Shown here in pieces: positions 21,602-31,994 of a DNA stretch of 41,179 bases. Below the pieces are notes generated by a model. It was not told where the DNA came from, ran no database searches, and was given only the letters and a program-made list of their open reading frames with translations. Location: sequence record DRR723986_1877. One strand, 5' to 3'. Each line of letters starts with the position of its first letter. Within the stretch, counting starts at the first letter, position 1. The translations under genes were made by a program, and so were the position numbers.

Positions 21602-22141
21602 TCAATCCGTCGCTTGGTTCGTAATCTGATCGAACAAATCCATATCCTGCAGACTGCGCGCAAGGATCATCGCCCCCTCTAGACGAGCAATCAGCGCCCC
21701 CGCAGCAGCCCGGGCCTCCCCAGCCGTTCGGCCCTGCATTACGTAAATTTCCGTGACCCAACCCATATTTCGTTCAAAAAAGGCGCGCGTTTTCAACGCA
21801 ACGGGTTCAGGTAAATGGCTGATTTCTGCCCCGAACATCCCGCACAAACACATCAATCCATCCTCTAGCAAAGCGGACCGGTATGCGGCGACATAGCGCG
21901 CCAACTGCTCCGCCGCAGGCGCACTGTCAGGGGCCCCCAAAGCCGCAAGAAAGCGGTCCGTGTACCGTTCGGCAATCGCCGCGCCCAAAGTTTCTTTGTT
22001 GGGAAAATGATAGTGGACGCTGGCCGCCTTGATGCCAATTTCCGCAGCAATCTCGCGAAAGCTAAACGAATTATAACCTCCGACACGGGCCATTCGTTCG
22101 GCGATATCGAGGATGCGCGTAACAGTGTCAGATTGGGTCAT
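21602..22141 (-). CDS. TetR/AcrR-family regulator (NemR-like)
   Basis: GYNSFSFREIAAEIGIKAASVHYHFPNK HTH, CLCG and LEGAMILAR in the C-terminal domain. Confidence 0.92.
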   Translation of the reverse strand: MTQSDTVTRILDIAERMARVGGYNSFSFREIAAEIGIKAASVHYHFPNKETLGAAIAERYTDRFLAALGAPDSAPAAEQLARYVAAYRSALLEDGLMCLCGMFGAEISHLPEPVALKTRAFFERNMGWVTEIYVMQGRTAGEARAAAGALIARLEGAMILARSLQDMDLFDQITNQATD

Positions 22142-22153
22142 GGGTTCACTTTT

Positions 22154-22222
22154 TCTACCTACCTACAGATAGGGGTTGAAATCAGCGCGTCAATTGCTAA
22201 CTTATCTACCTATCAGTAGATA
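22154..22222. promoter_or_regulatory. Putative TetR operators
   Basis: Palindrome tatctac-ctatca-gtagata (22203-22222) and an imperfect second copy tctacctacctacagata (22154-22171) in the divergent spacer. Confidence 0.7.
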
Positions 22223-22234
22223 GGGAAGCACTTC

Positions 22235-22990
22235 ATGACACAGCACACGACACTCATCATCGGCGGCACCAGCGGCATGGGGCTCGCCACCGCGCGCCTG
22301 CTCGCTGCTCAGGGCGAACACCTGACCCTTGTTGGATCCTCCTCAGAAAAGCTAGCAGCAGCCAAAATCGAACTGGGCGACAGGGTTGAGACGATCCAGA
22401 CCGATCTGCGAAATGCCACAGAAACCGACACATTGATCAAAACGATCCGTTCAACCCCGCATCACATCTCACGACTGGTAAATGCGGCCGGAACCTTTGC
22501 GCCCAAACCTTTCCTTGACCATGACGGTGGCGACTATGACAGCTATATGGAGCTGAACCGTGCCACCTTCTTTGTCACCCAAGCCGTGGCGGAAAACATG
22601 GTACAACACGGTGGTGGGGTGATCGTCAATATCGGCTCTATGTGGGCGAAACAGGCGATCAAAGCGACCCCTTCGTCTGCCTATTCAATGGCCAAGGCCG
22701 GGCTGCACGCATTAACCCAACATCTTGCAATGGAACTCGCTGTGCACAAAATCCGGGTCAATGCGGTCTCTCCGGCTGTTGTTGTCACGCCAATCTATGG
22801 CGCTTTTATCGCGCCCGACGAAATTAAACAGACTCTAACAGAGGCTTTTGACGCCTTTCATCCCATCGGCCGTGTCGGTCAGGCGGATGATGTCGCGCAG
22901 ACGGTAGTTCACCTGTTGTCTGATCAAACATCCTGGGTCACAGGCGCGGTTTGGGATGTGGATGGTGGCGTGATGGCCGGGGTTGCCTAA
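22235..22990 (+). CDS. Short-chain dehydrogenase/reductase
   Basis: [24 protein letters not shown] catalytic motif, [12 protein letters not shown]. Confidence 0.95.
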   Translation: MTQHTTLIIGGTSGMGLATARLLAAQGEHLTLVGSSSEKLAAAKIELGDRVETIQTDLRNATETDTLIKTIRSTPHHISRLVNAAGTFAPKPFLDHDGGDYDSYMELNRATFFVTQAVAENMVQHGGGVIVNIGSMWAKQAIKATPSSAYSMAKAGLHALTQHLAMELAVHKIRVNAVSPAVVVTPIYGAFIAPDEIKQTLTEAFDAFHPIGRVGQADDVAQTVVHLLSDQTSWVTGAVWDVDGGVMAGVA

Positions 22991-23030
22991 CCTCTTTTCC
23001 AATGGGCGGGGGTGCGATAGGCAGGACAGT

Positions 23031-23723
23031 ATGCAATTTCCCGCCCCCCTCATCCCCGCCCGCCTGATCCGTCGCTACAAACGCTTTCTGGCGGATTGCA
23101 CATTGGACGACGGGCGCGAAGTTACCGCCCATTGCGCCAACCCCGGTTCGATGATGGGGCTGGCGGAACCCGGCATGAAGATCTGGCTGGAGCCCAACGA
23201 TGATCCAAAGAAAAAGCTGAAATTCGGCTGGCGTTTAGTGGATCATGAAAATGGCCACTTCACTGGAGTTGATACCTCGGTTCCCAACCGGGCACTACGC
23301 GCAGCCCTTGAGGCGGGTGAGATCCCCGAACTTGCCGCTTATAAAACCGTCCGCCCCGAGGTCAAATATGGCGAGAAAAGCCGGATTGATTTCCTGCTCA
23401 GCGAACCCGGCTTGCCGGATGCCTATGTCGAAGTCAAAAGCGTGACCCTGTCGCGCCAACCCGGTTTGGCTGAATTCCCTGACAGCGTCACGGCGCGGGG
23501 CACCAAACATCTGGGGGAACTGGCGAACATGGTGGATCAAGGCCACCGCGCCATCATGCTCTACCTCGTGCAACGCACCGATTGCACCCGTTTCGAATTG
23601 GCTGGCGATATCGATCCGACCTATGCCGCCGCATATGAAACCGCCCATGCACGGGGTGTTGAACGGCTAATCTATGACACCCAGATCAGCCCAAACGGCA
23701 TCAAAGTGGGGAATTCTCTGTAA
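23031..23723 (+). CDS. sfsA: DNA/RNA nuclease SfsA
   Basis: RRYKRFLAD, AHCANPGSM, EVKYG...SRIDFLL, YVEVKSVTL, FPDSVTARGTKHL. Confidence 0.95.
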   Translation: MQFPAPLIPARLIRRYKRFLADCTLDDGREVTAHCANPGSMMGLAEPGMKIWLEPNDDPKKKLKFGWRLVDHENGHFTGVDTSVPNRALRAALEAGEIPELAAYKTVRPEVKYGEKSRIDFLLSEPGLPDAYVEVKSVTLSRQPGLAEFPDSVTARGTKHLGELANMVDQGHRAIMLYLVQRTDCTRFELAGDIDPTYAAAYETAHARGVERLIYDTQISPNGIKVGNSL

Positions 23724-23804
23724 ACGTCGGCTGTTGTGCCCCCTCTAGCTCTTTCTGCACAAGCAGCGTAAAGAGAGCTAAGCGCTGAAACGATGGAGAC
23801 TCCG

Positions 23805-24620
23805 TTGAAGAAAGACCTACGCGGCCGTGTCACAAAGGACGGCATCCGTATTTACGAACCGTCCGATTTTGCCGGCATGAAAGTCGCGGGCACCCTTGCT
23901 GCGCGCATTCTTGATGACATCGGGGCGCATGTAGTCCCCGGTCAAACCACGGGCGAGATCGACCGGCTCATCACGCAAATGGTTGAAGATGCAAACGCAA
24001 CCTCGGCCACGATCGGCTACAAAGGCTACCAACACGCCAGCTGTATCTCAGTCAATCACGTGGTCTGTCACGGCATCCCTGGCGACAAAAAGCTCAAGGA
24101 TGGCGATATCCTGAACATTGATGTCACGGTGATTGTGGATGGTTGGTTTGGCGACACAAGCCGTATGTTTGTGGCCGGTAAACTGCCCCGCAAAGCCGAA
24201 CGACTGATCCAAATCACCCATGATTCGCTGATGAAGGGGATCGAGATGGTCAAACCGGGCAATACGTTCGGTGACATTGGCCACGCGATCCAATCCTTTG
24301 TCGAAGCTCATCGCATGAGCGTCGTGCGTGATTTCTGTGGTCACGGTCTGGGTCAAGTGTTCCATGCACCGCCAAACGTGCTGCACTATGGTCGCCCCGG
24401 TACCGGCGCGGTTCTCGAAGAAGGCATGTTCTTTACCATCGAACCCATGGTGAATCTGGGTCGCCCAGAGACCAAAACACTGGCCGATGACTGGACCGCC
24501 GTGACACGTGACAAATCCCTGTCGGCGCAGTTTGAACATTCCGTTGGGGTGACAGCCACCGGGGTCGAGATCTTTACGCTCTCGCCCGCTGGTACGTTCC
24601 ACCCGACATACACAAGCTAA
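23805..24620 (+). CDS. map: Type I methionine aminopeptidase (TTG start after GGAGA; alternative ATG at 23793)
   Basis: CISVNHVVCHGIP, NIDVT...GDTSRM, FCGHGLG..FH, FTIEPMVN, SAQFEH. Confidence 0.97.
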   Translation: MKKDLRGRVTKDGIRIYEPSDFAGMKVAGTLAARILDDIGAHVVPGQTTGEIDRLITQMVEDANATSATIGYKGYQHASCISVNHVVCHGIPGDKKLKDGDILNIDVTVIVDGWFGDTSRMFVAGKLPRKAERLIQITHDSLMKGIEMVKPGNTFGDIGHAIQSFVEAHRMSVVRDFCGHGLGQVFHAPPNVLHYGRPGTGAVLEEGMFFTIEPMVNLGRPETKTLADDWTAVTRDKSLSAQFEHSVGVTATGVEIFTLSPAGTFHPTYTS

Positions 24621-24634
24621 ACAGGTCGTCCCGG

Positions 24635-25270
24635 TTATTGTGCCAGCAAAGCCGGGACATCTGCCATATCATGAAACACTTCGGCCCCAAGCGCGCGTAA
24701 GTTGGCCCCGTCCGAATGTTCCGCATATCCCAAGCATCGCATCTCAGCCCGGATCGCAGCGGTTACGCCACTGGGGCTGTCCTCGATCACCACAGGGTTT
24801 GACGCCCCGAACTGTTTAGCTGCAGTTAAGAACAAATCCGGCTCGGGTTTTCCAACACCAAGGGTATGTGCCGAGAACATGCACCCCTGAAACCGTTCCC
24901 AAAGCCCGTTCTGGCCAAGCGTGATTAGCATTTTATCTTCGCTACCGTTCGAGGCCACGCAGCAGAGAATACCCTGAGCATCAAGATGCTCTAGCAGGGT
25001 CGGAATACCCAGTACCAACGGCACCCCGGCGCGCAAACCTGCATAGGTTTCGGCATAGATCTCCTCGATCCAGTTTTCTGGGAGATCCGCCCCCATGCTT
25101 TGCGCTTTTTGCTTCACACCACGCATCGTCCCACCGACAAAATGTGCCATGCATTCAGACAGAGTCAGCGACACGCCGTAGCCCGCCAAATTGTCCGCCA
25201 AAACTTGGTTCGACACCACTTCGCTGTCGACCAATACGCCGTCGCAATCAAAAATCACTAAATCATGCAT
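24635..25270 (-). CDS. HAD-family hydrolase (YieH-like)
   Basis: IFDCDGVLVDSE, VASN, KPEPDLF, VIEDSPSGV. Confidence 0.93.
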   Translation of the reverse strand: MHDLVIFDCDGVLVDSEVVSNQVLADNLAGYGVSLTLSECMAHFVGGTMRGVKQKAQSMGADLPENWIEEIYAETYAGLRAGVPLVLGIPTLLEHLDAQGILCCVASNGSEDKMLITLGQNGLWERFQGCMFSAHTLGVGKPEPDLFLTAAKQFGASNPVVIEDSPSGVTAAIRAEMRCLGYAEHSDGANLRALGAEVFHDMADVPALLAQ

Positions 25271-25359
25271 CAATGCTGTCCTCACAGGTTCGGTCCCTGT
25301 CTAAGTCGCATCGCAAAATCTGCCAAACTGACACTCGGCGCATTCCTGCCAGAGGTGTT

Positions 25360-25920
25360 TCAGTCCGAAACATCCCGCCACATCAAGGCGATATGCGTAT
25401 CCCCGTATTTTCGCGTGTCCTGCAACGAAAACCCGTCCGGCGCGGCCATTGGCTGACTTTCTTCCCAGACGATCAGCGCATCATCCGCGATCCATCCGCC
25501 TTCTACAGCCAAGGCCAACGCCTTTTGGCCCATGCTTTTGCCATACGGTGGGTCCAAAAACACCAAATCATACGGCGCATCTGGATTGACGCCCAAACGC
25601 GTGGCATCGCGGCGGGCCAGTTCTGTCTGGTCTTTACTGCGGGTGATATCGATATTCTTGCGGATCAACCCCTGCGCCACGCGCCCGTCATCCACAAAGG
25701 TCACGTGTTCTGCCCCACGCGACAGCGCCTCAAGACCCAGCGCTCCCGTGCCTGCAAACAGGTCCAGCACCCGCGCCCCGGGAATGGCCCCGGTGTGGGT
25801 CAGAACATTAAACAGACTTTCGCGCACACGGTCAGTGGTGGGGCGCAAATGTGCGCCCGCATCCCCTTTTCCAACCGAGGCCAACGCACGGCCCCGGAAA
25901 TCTCCGGCTATGATCCTCAC
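25360..25920 (-). CDS. rsmD: 16S rRNA m2G966 methyltransferase
   Basis: MRIIAG, RPTTDRVRESLFN, LDLFAGTGALGLEALSRGA, FLDPPY. Confidence 0.96.
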   Translation of the reverse strand: MRIIAGDFRGRALASVGKGDAGAHLRPTTDRVRESLFNVLTHTGAIPGARVLDLFAGTGALGLEALSRGAEHVTFVDDGRVAQGLIRKNIDITRSKDQTELARRDATRLGVNPDAPYDLVFLDPPYGKSMGQKALALAVEGGWIADDALIVWEESQPMAAPDGFSLQDTRKYGDTHIALMWRDVSD

Positions 25921-27128
25921 GCTTTCAAAAGCGGTTTCAGGTCAGCCTCGGGATCGGCCACAATAGTGCGATCAGCGGTCTTACCCGCATCAATCAAGCG
26001 CTTGCCGATCATGTAGGCGCGCGGATCATTCATCGCATCCACCGCCAAAAGCTGATCGCCTTTGTAATACCAGAAAGAGTTGGTCAGCCCCTCGCCCTTG
26101 CGGGTTACAACGTTGTCAAACCCGGTGTTCAGACCCGCAATTTGCAGCTTCACATCATACTGATCGGACCAGAACCAAGGGGTCGCCACATACTCCTTGT
26201 CCGAGCCCATAATATTCTGGGCAACAATCTCGGCCTGATCGATCGCGTTGGGTACGCTTTCCAGACGAATACGGCCGCCTTTGTACGGGAATGACGCACA
26301 ATCCCCCGCCGCCCAGATCACCGCGTCCGAGGTCCGGCCATGCGCGTCGGTCTTGATGCCATTTTCCAAAGTCACCCCGGCCATTTCGGCCAACTTAACC
26401 GACGGTGCAATGCCAACCCCAACAACGGCGAAATCAATCTCGATCTCACTGCCATCGGTTAATACGGCCCCGGTCACTTTGCCGTCGGTGCCGACCAGAT
26501 GATCCAAGCCAACGCCTTCGCGAATGTCCGCACCGTGGCTGGTGTGCAAATCCCGGAAATAGTCGCTGGTTTCAGTCGCCGCGACACGTTGCAAAATACG
26601 ATCCGCCATCTCAACCAAGGTCACCTGAACGCCGCGTTTGGCACAGACCGCCGCTGCCTCTAACCCGATGTACCCGCCGCCAATGATCAACGCGCGCGCG
26701 CCATCTTTGAACTCTGGCGACATCGCATCCGCATCCGCCAGATCCCGGACCAAAAAGACATTCTTCAAATCGCCACCGATCTTGGCAGGCAACCGGCGTG
26801 GGTCTGATCCGGTGGTCAGCGCCAGATGGTCATAGGAAATCACCTCATCGCCGACCGTGACCGTCTTGGCTACGGCATCAATCGCAGTCACCCGCTGGCC
26901 TAGCTTCACGGTGATGTTCTGATCTTCATAGAAACTGGCTGGACGCAGAAACAGTCGCTCCAACTCCATATCACCCAACAGATATGCCTTGCTGAGCGGC
27001 GGACGCTGATACGGCAGAACCGGCTCGGCTCCGATCAGGGTAATCTCACCGTCAAATCCATCCTTGCGCAATTTTGCGACCAAAGAGGATCCGGCCTGAC
27101 CTGCTCCAATTACAACAACATGGCTCAT
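25917..27128 (-). CDS. NAD(P)/FAD-dependent ferredoxin reductase (putidaredoxin-reductase-like)
   Basis: IGAGQAG, PYQRPPLSK, IGGGYIGLE, RLESVPNA, PWFWSDQYD. Confidence 0.93.
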   Translation of the reverse strand: MSHVVVIGAGQAGSSLVAKLRKDGFDGEITLIGAEPVLPYQRPPLSKAYLLGDMELERLFLRPASFYEDQNITVKLGQRVTAIDAVAKTVTVGDEVISYDHLALTTGSDPRRLPAKIGGDLKNVFLVRDLADADAMSPEFKDGARALIIGGGYIGLEAAAVCAKRGVQVTLVEMADRILQRVAATETSDYFRDLHTSHGADIREGVGLDHLVGTDGKVTGAVLTDGSEIEIDFAVVGVGIAPSVKLAEMAGVTLENGIKTDAHGRTSDAVIWAAGDCASFPYKGGRIRLESVPNAIDQAEIVAQNIMGSDKEYVATPWFWSDQYDVKLQIAGLNTGFDNVVTRKGEGLTNSFWYYKGDQLLAVDAMNDPRAYMIGKRLIDAGKTADRTIVADPEADLKPLLKA

Positions 27129-27226
27129 GGGTATTCTGCCTCACAGGAATTTTTGTGGTCTCTGGGTTCCGCTCAGCTATATGCGGCATGAAACGAAACC
27201 GCAAAAAAAACGTGAGGATATTTCGG

Positions 27227-27712
27227 ATGATTTCGATTGGTGAGCACCTGCCTGTGGCGACTTTGACCCAAATGGGGTCCAATGGCCCTGAACAGGTGTC
27301 GATTTCAGATAAGACCGCTGGCCGCAAAGTTGTGATCTTTGCTGTCCCCGGCGCTTTCACGCCGACCTGCCATTCGGCCCACGTTCCCAGCTTCATTCGC
27401 ACCAAGGACCAGTTCACTGAAAAAGGCGTCCAAGAGATCATCTGCCTGTCGGTCAATGACCCCTTTGTCATGGCAGAATGGGGCAAGGTCACAGGTGCCT
27501 CTGAGGCTGGAATATCCATGATAGCAGACGCCGAATGCACATTTACCGACGCTATCGGCATGCGCTTTGACGCACCACCTGCGGGGCTGGTCGCCCGTTC
27601 ACTGCGCTACGCGATGCTGGTCGAAGATGGCAAAGTGGTGGCCCTGAACATGGAAACCCAACCCGGCACATGTGAGCTGACCGCAGGCGAGGGATTGCTC
27701 GACGTCATCTGA
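27227..27712 (+). CDS. Peroxiredoxin, Prx5 type
   Basis: FAVPGAFTPTCHSAHVP, SVNDPFVM, RSLRYAMLVEDG; GAGGA SD before the ATG at 27227. Confidence 0.95.
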   Translation: MISIGEHLPVATLTQMGSNGPEQVSISDKTAGRKVVIFAVPGAFTPTCHSAHVPSFIRTKDQFTEKGVQEIICLSVNDPFVMAEWGKVTGASEAGISMIADAECTFTDAIGMRFDAPPAGLVARSLRYAMLVEDGKVVALNMETQPGTCELTAGEGLLDVI

Positions 27713-27867
27713 TCTAGAGGGCTGCAATCTCTCGGGCCCAATCCCAGTCATCGGGTGGACCCTGCCTCGCTCAGCCGCTTTCGCGTGGCTGGGCAACATT
27801 TTTCCTAAACGCCGATTAGGCGGGCGAATTTAGGTCGTTTTGGGTCCGTTACGTGCGAATCAACACA

Positions 27868-28161
27868 CTAAACCATGGCCTCCATCTTACGGGCCAGCTT
27901 AGCATCCAGTGCGCTCAGACCATCAACCTCGTGCGTGGTCAAAACAACAGAAACCGTTTTGTAGACGTTTGACCATTCGGGGTGGTGGTTCCATTTCTCA
28001 GCCCAGATCGCCACGCGGGTCATCCAGCCAAAGGCGTCGACGAAATTCTCAAAGACAAAGGTCTTGGTAATCGCATCGCGCCCTTCGACCATCTGCCAAC
28101 CGCATTTGAACAGCGGATCCAACAAAGGGCCCCGGGTTTCTTCGGACAATCGTTCCGTCAT
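27868..28161 (-). CDS. phhB: Pterin-4a-carbinolamine dehydratase
   Basis: [26 protein letters not shown]. Confidence 0.92.
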   Translation of the reverse strand: MTERLSEETRGPLLDPLFKCGWQMVEGRDAITKTFVFENFVDAFGWMTRVAIWAEKWNHHPEWSNVYKTVSVVLTTHEVDGLSALDAKLARKMEAMV

Positions 28162-29345
28162 TGCTGTTCCTCCACTTTAACCCGCTTGAATGGGCCATAA
28201 TCCGTCAGTAGCTCTATCTCTTGATCGACCGCCTCACGCTCGGCCTTCAAATACCTTTCGATGGCATCCGCAAACCCCGAATCGCCCACCCAGTGCAAGC
28301 TGTGCGTCTGGGTCGGCAAATAGCCCCGCGCCAATTTGTGTTCGCCCTGCGCACCGGCTTCGACTCGCTGCAAACCCTCTGCGATCGCCAGATCAATCGC
28401 CCGATAATAGCACAATTCAAAATGCAGGTACGGGTGATGCTCAACACAGCCCCAATATCGGCCAAACAGGGTTTCACGCCCGACAAAGTTCAACGCCCCC
28501 GCCACATACTGCCCGTTACGTTCGGCCAGCATCAACACCATGTCGTCAGCCATGACCTCGTGTGCGATGTCGAAAAACGCCCGTGTCAGATAGGGCGAGC
28601 CCCATTTGCGTGCACCGGTGTCCTGATAAAACGTCCAAAAGGCATCCCAGTGTTCTGGTTTCAGCGTATCCCCGGTGAAACTCTGGATTGTGCCACCAAA
28701 GGCATTGGCTTGCGCCCGTTCCTTGCGGATATTCTTGCGTTTGCGGGACGACAAAGCCCCCAGAAACCCATCAAAATCCGCGTAATCATCGTTTAACCAA
28801 TGAAATTGCTGCGTCGTCCGGGGCATCAACCCCATCTGCGCACCAATGTTGGCCTCTTCCTCAGTGCAGAAAGTGACGTGCAGCGAAGACACTTGATTGT
28901 CCGCCGCCAGTTGAACCGCCCCCTGCACCAGCGCTGATTGCCCGATGCCATCATACCCCGGTCGCACCAGAAACCGCCGCCCCGTCGCAGGTGTAAACGG
29001 CACCGCAACCTGCAATTTCGGGTAATAGCGCCCCCCGGCCCGCTCATAGGCATGCGCCCAGTTGTGATCGAATATATATTCGCCCTGACTGTTTGACTTG
29101 GCATACATCGGCGCAACCGCAATCAGCATCCCGTCCAGATAGGCGGTCAGATACTGTGGCTGCCATCCGGTGCCGCGCCCCACGGACCCGCTTTGTTCAA
29201 GGGCCCGCAGAAAGCGATGGGTCGTAAACGGATCAAGCGGACGGCCGCCCTCTGCGACCTCAGGACAAGCACAAGCGTCCCAGTCCTTGGCTGCAATTTG
29301 ATCCAAAGAGCCAACGACCTGAATTTCGATCTGTGCCTGATCCAT
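28158..29345 (-). CDS. FemAB-like GNAT-fold protein (DUF482 type)
   Basis: [17 protein letters not shown]...[33 protein letters not shown]. Confidence 0.92.
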   Translation of the reverse strand: MDQAQIEIQVVGSLDQIAAKDWDACACPEVAEGGRPLDPFTTHRFLRALEQSGSVGRGTGWQPQYLTAYLDGMLIAVAPMYAKSNSQGEYIFDHNWAHAYERAGGRYYPKLQVAVPFTPATGRRFLVRPGYDGIGQSALVQGAVQLAADNQVSSLHVTFCTEEEANIGAQMGLMPRTTQQFHWLNDDYADFDGFLGALSSRKRKNIRKERAQANAFGGTIQSFTGDTLKPEHWDAFWTFYQDTGARKWGSPYLTRAFFDIAHEVMADDMVLMLAERNGQYVAGALNFVGRETLFGRYWGCVEHHPYLHFELCYYRAIDLAIAEGLQRVEAGAQGEHKLARGYLPTQTHSLHWVGDSGFADAIERYLKAEREAVDQEIELLTDYGPFKRVKVEEQQ

Positions 29346-29392
29346 ACTTCCCCCGCGCGTTCCTTGATTATGTGTGGTGCATCACCACACGA

Positions 29393-30163
29393 TCAAGCAG
29401 GATGTGCGGCCAGGTATTGTTCAAACGTCACGTTTGCGGCAACTTTCCGCGCCTTTGCCTCTGCTTTGGGCGAACAGACCGTCCAACATAAGATCGCCGC
29501 CCCCTGCGCCTTAAGCTCGGCCACCCGTGGGCGGTCCAGATCAGGCGCTTCGTGACTGATGAAACTGCACCCAGCACGATCATAATCCGGGATTTCACGC
29601 AGATGATCGCAGGTCGCGACAGACAACGGCCAGTCAGTTGGGTCATACGCGCTAGTCACCAGCCCGCGCGCGATATCTGGGGCGAGTTCGGCCATCAATG
29701 CCGTGCTGTGTGGATTGAACGACATCACGGCAACGGCGCCTGAATACCCTGCCAACGCCGCAGCGGTTGCCCGCTCCAAGGGACCTACATTGGGGCCCAT
29801 GGCCCCGTCTTGATCCTTGAGTTCAATCAACAAGGGCACTTGGCCCGCCACCAGTTCCAGTATTTCGGGCAAGGTCGGAATACCCTCGCCATCGCCCCCG
29901 GCCAGTCTCACGGTTTGGGCCTGATCCGACGCCAGACCTCGGATCGGTCCAGCCTGCCCGGTGAGCCGTTTCATATCATAATCATGGAACACCATGGCCT
30001 GATCATCACGAGTCAATTGCAGGTCAATCTCGATACCGTAGCCTGCAGCAATCGCCGCGCGAATAGCCGCGCGGCTATTCTCAGGCCGCCCCCGTTTCAC
30101 GTCATGCAACGCACGATGCGCCAGCGGCGCACCCAAAAAGACCGAGGGCAGCTGAGTTCTCAT
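29393..30163 (-). CDS. Glycerophosphodiester phosphodiesterase family protein
   Basis: AHRALH, PENS, IEIDLQ, VFHD, LLIELK, WTV. Confidence 0.92.
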   Translation of the reverse strand: MRTQLPSVFLGAPLAHRALHDVKRGRPENSRAAIRAAIAAGYGIEIDLQLTRDDQAMVFHDYDMKRLTGQAGPIRGLASDQAQTVRLAGGDGEGIPTLPEILELVAGQVPLLIELKDQDGAMGPNVGPLERATAAALAGYSGAVAVMSFNPHSTALMAELAPDIARGLVTSAYDPTDWPLSVATCDHLREIPDYDRAGCSFISHEAPDLDRPRVAELKAQGAAILCWTVCSPKAEAKARKVAANVTFEQYLAAHPA

Positions 30164-30621
30164 TTGATCTGGAAAATCCCGTCAATTTCCACCGCAACGC
30201 CCAACGGCAACGACGGCGCGCTGACCGCAAACCGCGCATGGCTGCCGATCTCATTGCCCAATGCTTCGACCAAAAAGTCCGAGGCACCATTGATCACCTG
30301 AGGCTGAGCGGTAAAATCAGCGGTCGAATTTACGAACCCGCCCAGTTTCACAACCTTGACCAACCGCTCCAAATCGCCACCACAGGCGGTTTTGACCTGT
30401 GACAACAGATTGATGGCGCAAACCTTGGCCGCAGCCGCGCCCGCGTCCACATCCATATCTTCGCCGACCGTGCCAGTGATCAAACCATTGTCGTCCTTAG
30501 AGATTTGCCCCGAGACATAGACCAGATCGCCAACCTGTACATACGGCACATAGTTGGCAGCCGGCGCCGGGCCATCCGACAATATCACCCCAAGGCTTTC
30601 CAGTTTTGCTTCGATACTCAT
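30160..30621 (-). CDS. RidA/YjgF family protein
   Basis: PAANYVP, VSGQI, VVKLGGFVNS, INGASD, HARFAV, LPLGVAVEID. Confidence 0.93.
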   Translation of the reverse strand: MSIEAKLESLGVILSDGPAPAANYVPYVQVGDLVYVSGQISKDDNGLITGTVGEDMDVDAGAAAAKVCAINLLSQVKTACGGDLERLVKVVKLGGFVNSTADFTAQPQVINGASDFLVEALGNEIGSHARFAVSAPSLPLGVAVEIDGIFQIK

Positions 30622-30692
30622 GGCTCGCGCCCTCCCAAACTTAAATTCAGGCGGACGCTAACCGGGAATGCCGGGCGCGAAAAGTCAAATCC

Positions 30693-31994
30693 TCATCCCT
30701 CGCGAAACGCTTTGGTGAAATAGTCCGCCAACGGTTTCAGAAAGTATGACAAAGGCGACCGATCGGCTGTTCGGATATAGGCCTCGACCGGCATCCCAGG
30801 GATCAAAACCGCGCCTTCGGGCAATTTGCTTTGCTCATTTTCGTTCAACTCGATCTCAGCCCGGTAGTACGAAATACGACTGGCTTCATCCTCAAACGCA
30901 TCAGGGGACACCAACTTAACCGTCCCTTCAAGTTCGGGCGTTTCGCGCTGATCAAAGGCAGAGAACCGCAAGGTCACGGTCTGACCAACAAACAACTTAT
31001 CAATGTGAATGGTTTCGATCCGCGCCGCGATGACCAGCGGGCGATCTTGCGGCACCAGATACAGCACAGGATCTGCCGGGCGAATGACCGAGCGGGGTGT
31101 ATGCACGCTCATCCCGTAGACGATCCCTGAAACCGGGGCCGTGATATCCAGTCGATCCATCTGTTGCTTCAAGGATCGGCGCTGTTCGGTCAATTCCAAT
31201 TCTCGGAACTGGAGGTCACGCAGGGTTGTGATTGCTTCTTCGCGTTGCCCAGTGTCCAGCTTGAGCATCTCAATATCAAGCTCGGTTATCCGCCCTTCGG
31301 CGGAGGCCTCGCTGGCAATCAGCTCGCCTAAAGCCCCCTCCAGATTCGCAACCGTTCGCAATAGGCTCAGCACCGTACCCGCCTGCGCCAACCCCTTGTC
31401 CAACAGCTTTTTCTGGTTGGTCAATTCCTGATGAATCAGCCCCAATTGCGTATCCAGCGACACCTGTTGCGCCTGAATGCCCTCAATCTGGCTTTGAATT
31501 TGCCCGCGACGTTTTTCCAACTGCTCAATCTCACGCGCGGTGCTGTCCCGTCGTGCAAAGAACAGCCGCTGCTGCCCTTCGATCAGATCGACCACTTCCG
31601 GACGGTCCAAGGCCGCATCCAGCAGCACCTGACTAAACTGGATCTGATCATTCCCGTCCCGCTCGGCCTCAAGCCGTCCGCGCCGTGCAAGAAATTCAAA
31701 CAGCTGACCTTCAACAATCAGCAACTGAGAGCTCAACATATCATCATCCAGCTGAATCAGAGGCGCGCCAACTTTTACGCTATCCCCTTCTTCGACCAGA
31801 ATTTCAGACACGATCCCGCCATCCAAATGCTGAACCACCTGACGATTGCGATCGACTTCGATCCGGCCAGTGGCGATAATTGCACCAGCGATCTGTGATG
31901 TCACAGCCCAAACTCCGAACCCGCCAACGAGCACGGCCAGGCCAATCATCCCCACGATGATCGGGCGCTTTGCGGACCACTTATTCTGGTTCAT
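30693..31994 (-). CDS. Type I secretion membrane-fusion protein (HlyD/PrsE-like)
   Basis: N-terminal TM, VVQHLDGGIV, coiled coil, ITAPVSG, LIPGMPVE, SPLSYFLKP. Confidence 0.95.
   Translation of the reverse strand: MNQNKWSAKRPIIVGMIGLAVLVGGFGVWAVTSQIAGAIIATGRIEVDRNRQVVQHLDGGIVSEILVEEGDSVKVGAPLIQLDDDMLSSQLLIVEGQLFEFLARRGRLEAERDGNDQIQFSQVLLDAALDRPEVVDLIEGQQRLFFARRDSTAREIEQLEKRRGQIQSQIEGIQAQQVSLDTQLGLIHQELTNQKKLLDKGLAQAGTVLSLLRTVANLEGALGELIASEASAEGRITELDIEMLKLDTGQREEAITTLRDLQFRELELTEQRRSLKQQMDRLDITAPVSGIVYGMSVHTPRSVIRPADPVLYLVPQDRPLVIAARIETIHIDKLFVGQTVTLRFSAFDQRETPELEGTVKLVSPDAFEDEASRISYYRAEIELNENEQSKLPEGAVLIPGMPVEAYIRTADRSPLSYFLKPLADYFTKAFREG

Noticed and set aside
23031..23723. SfsA nuclease as part of a defence system
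   Set aside because: Sits in a housekeeping context beside map, with no methylase, helicase or other defence genes
25144..26016. 290-aa plus-strand ORF
   Set aside because: Antisense to rsmD and its neighbours, Arg-rich, no domain signal
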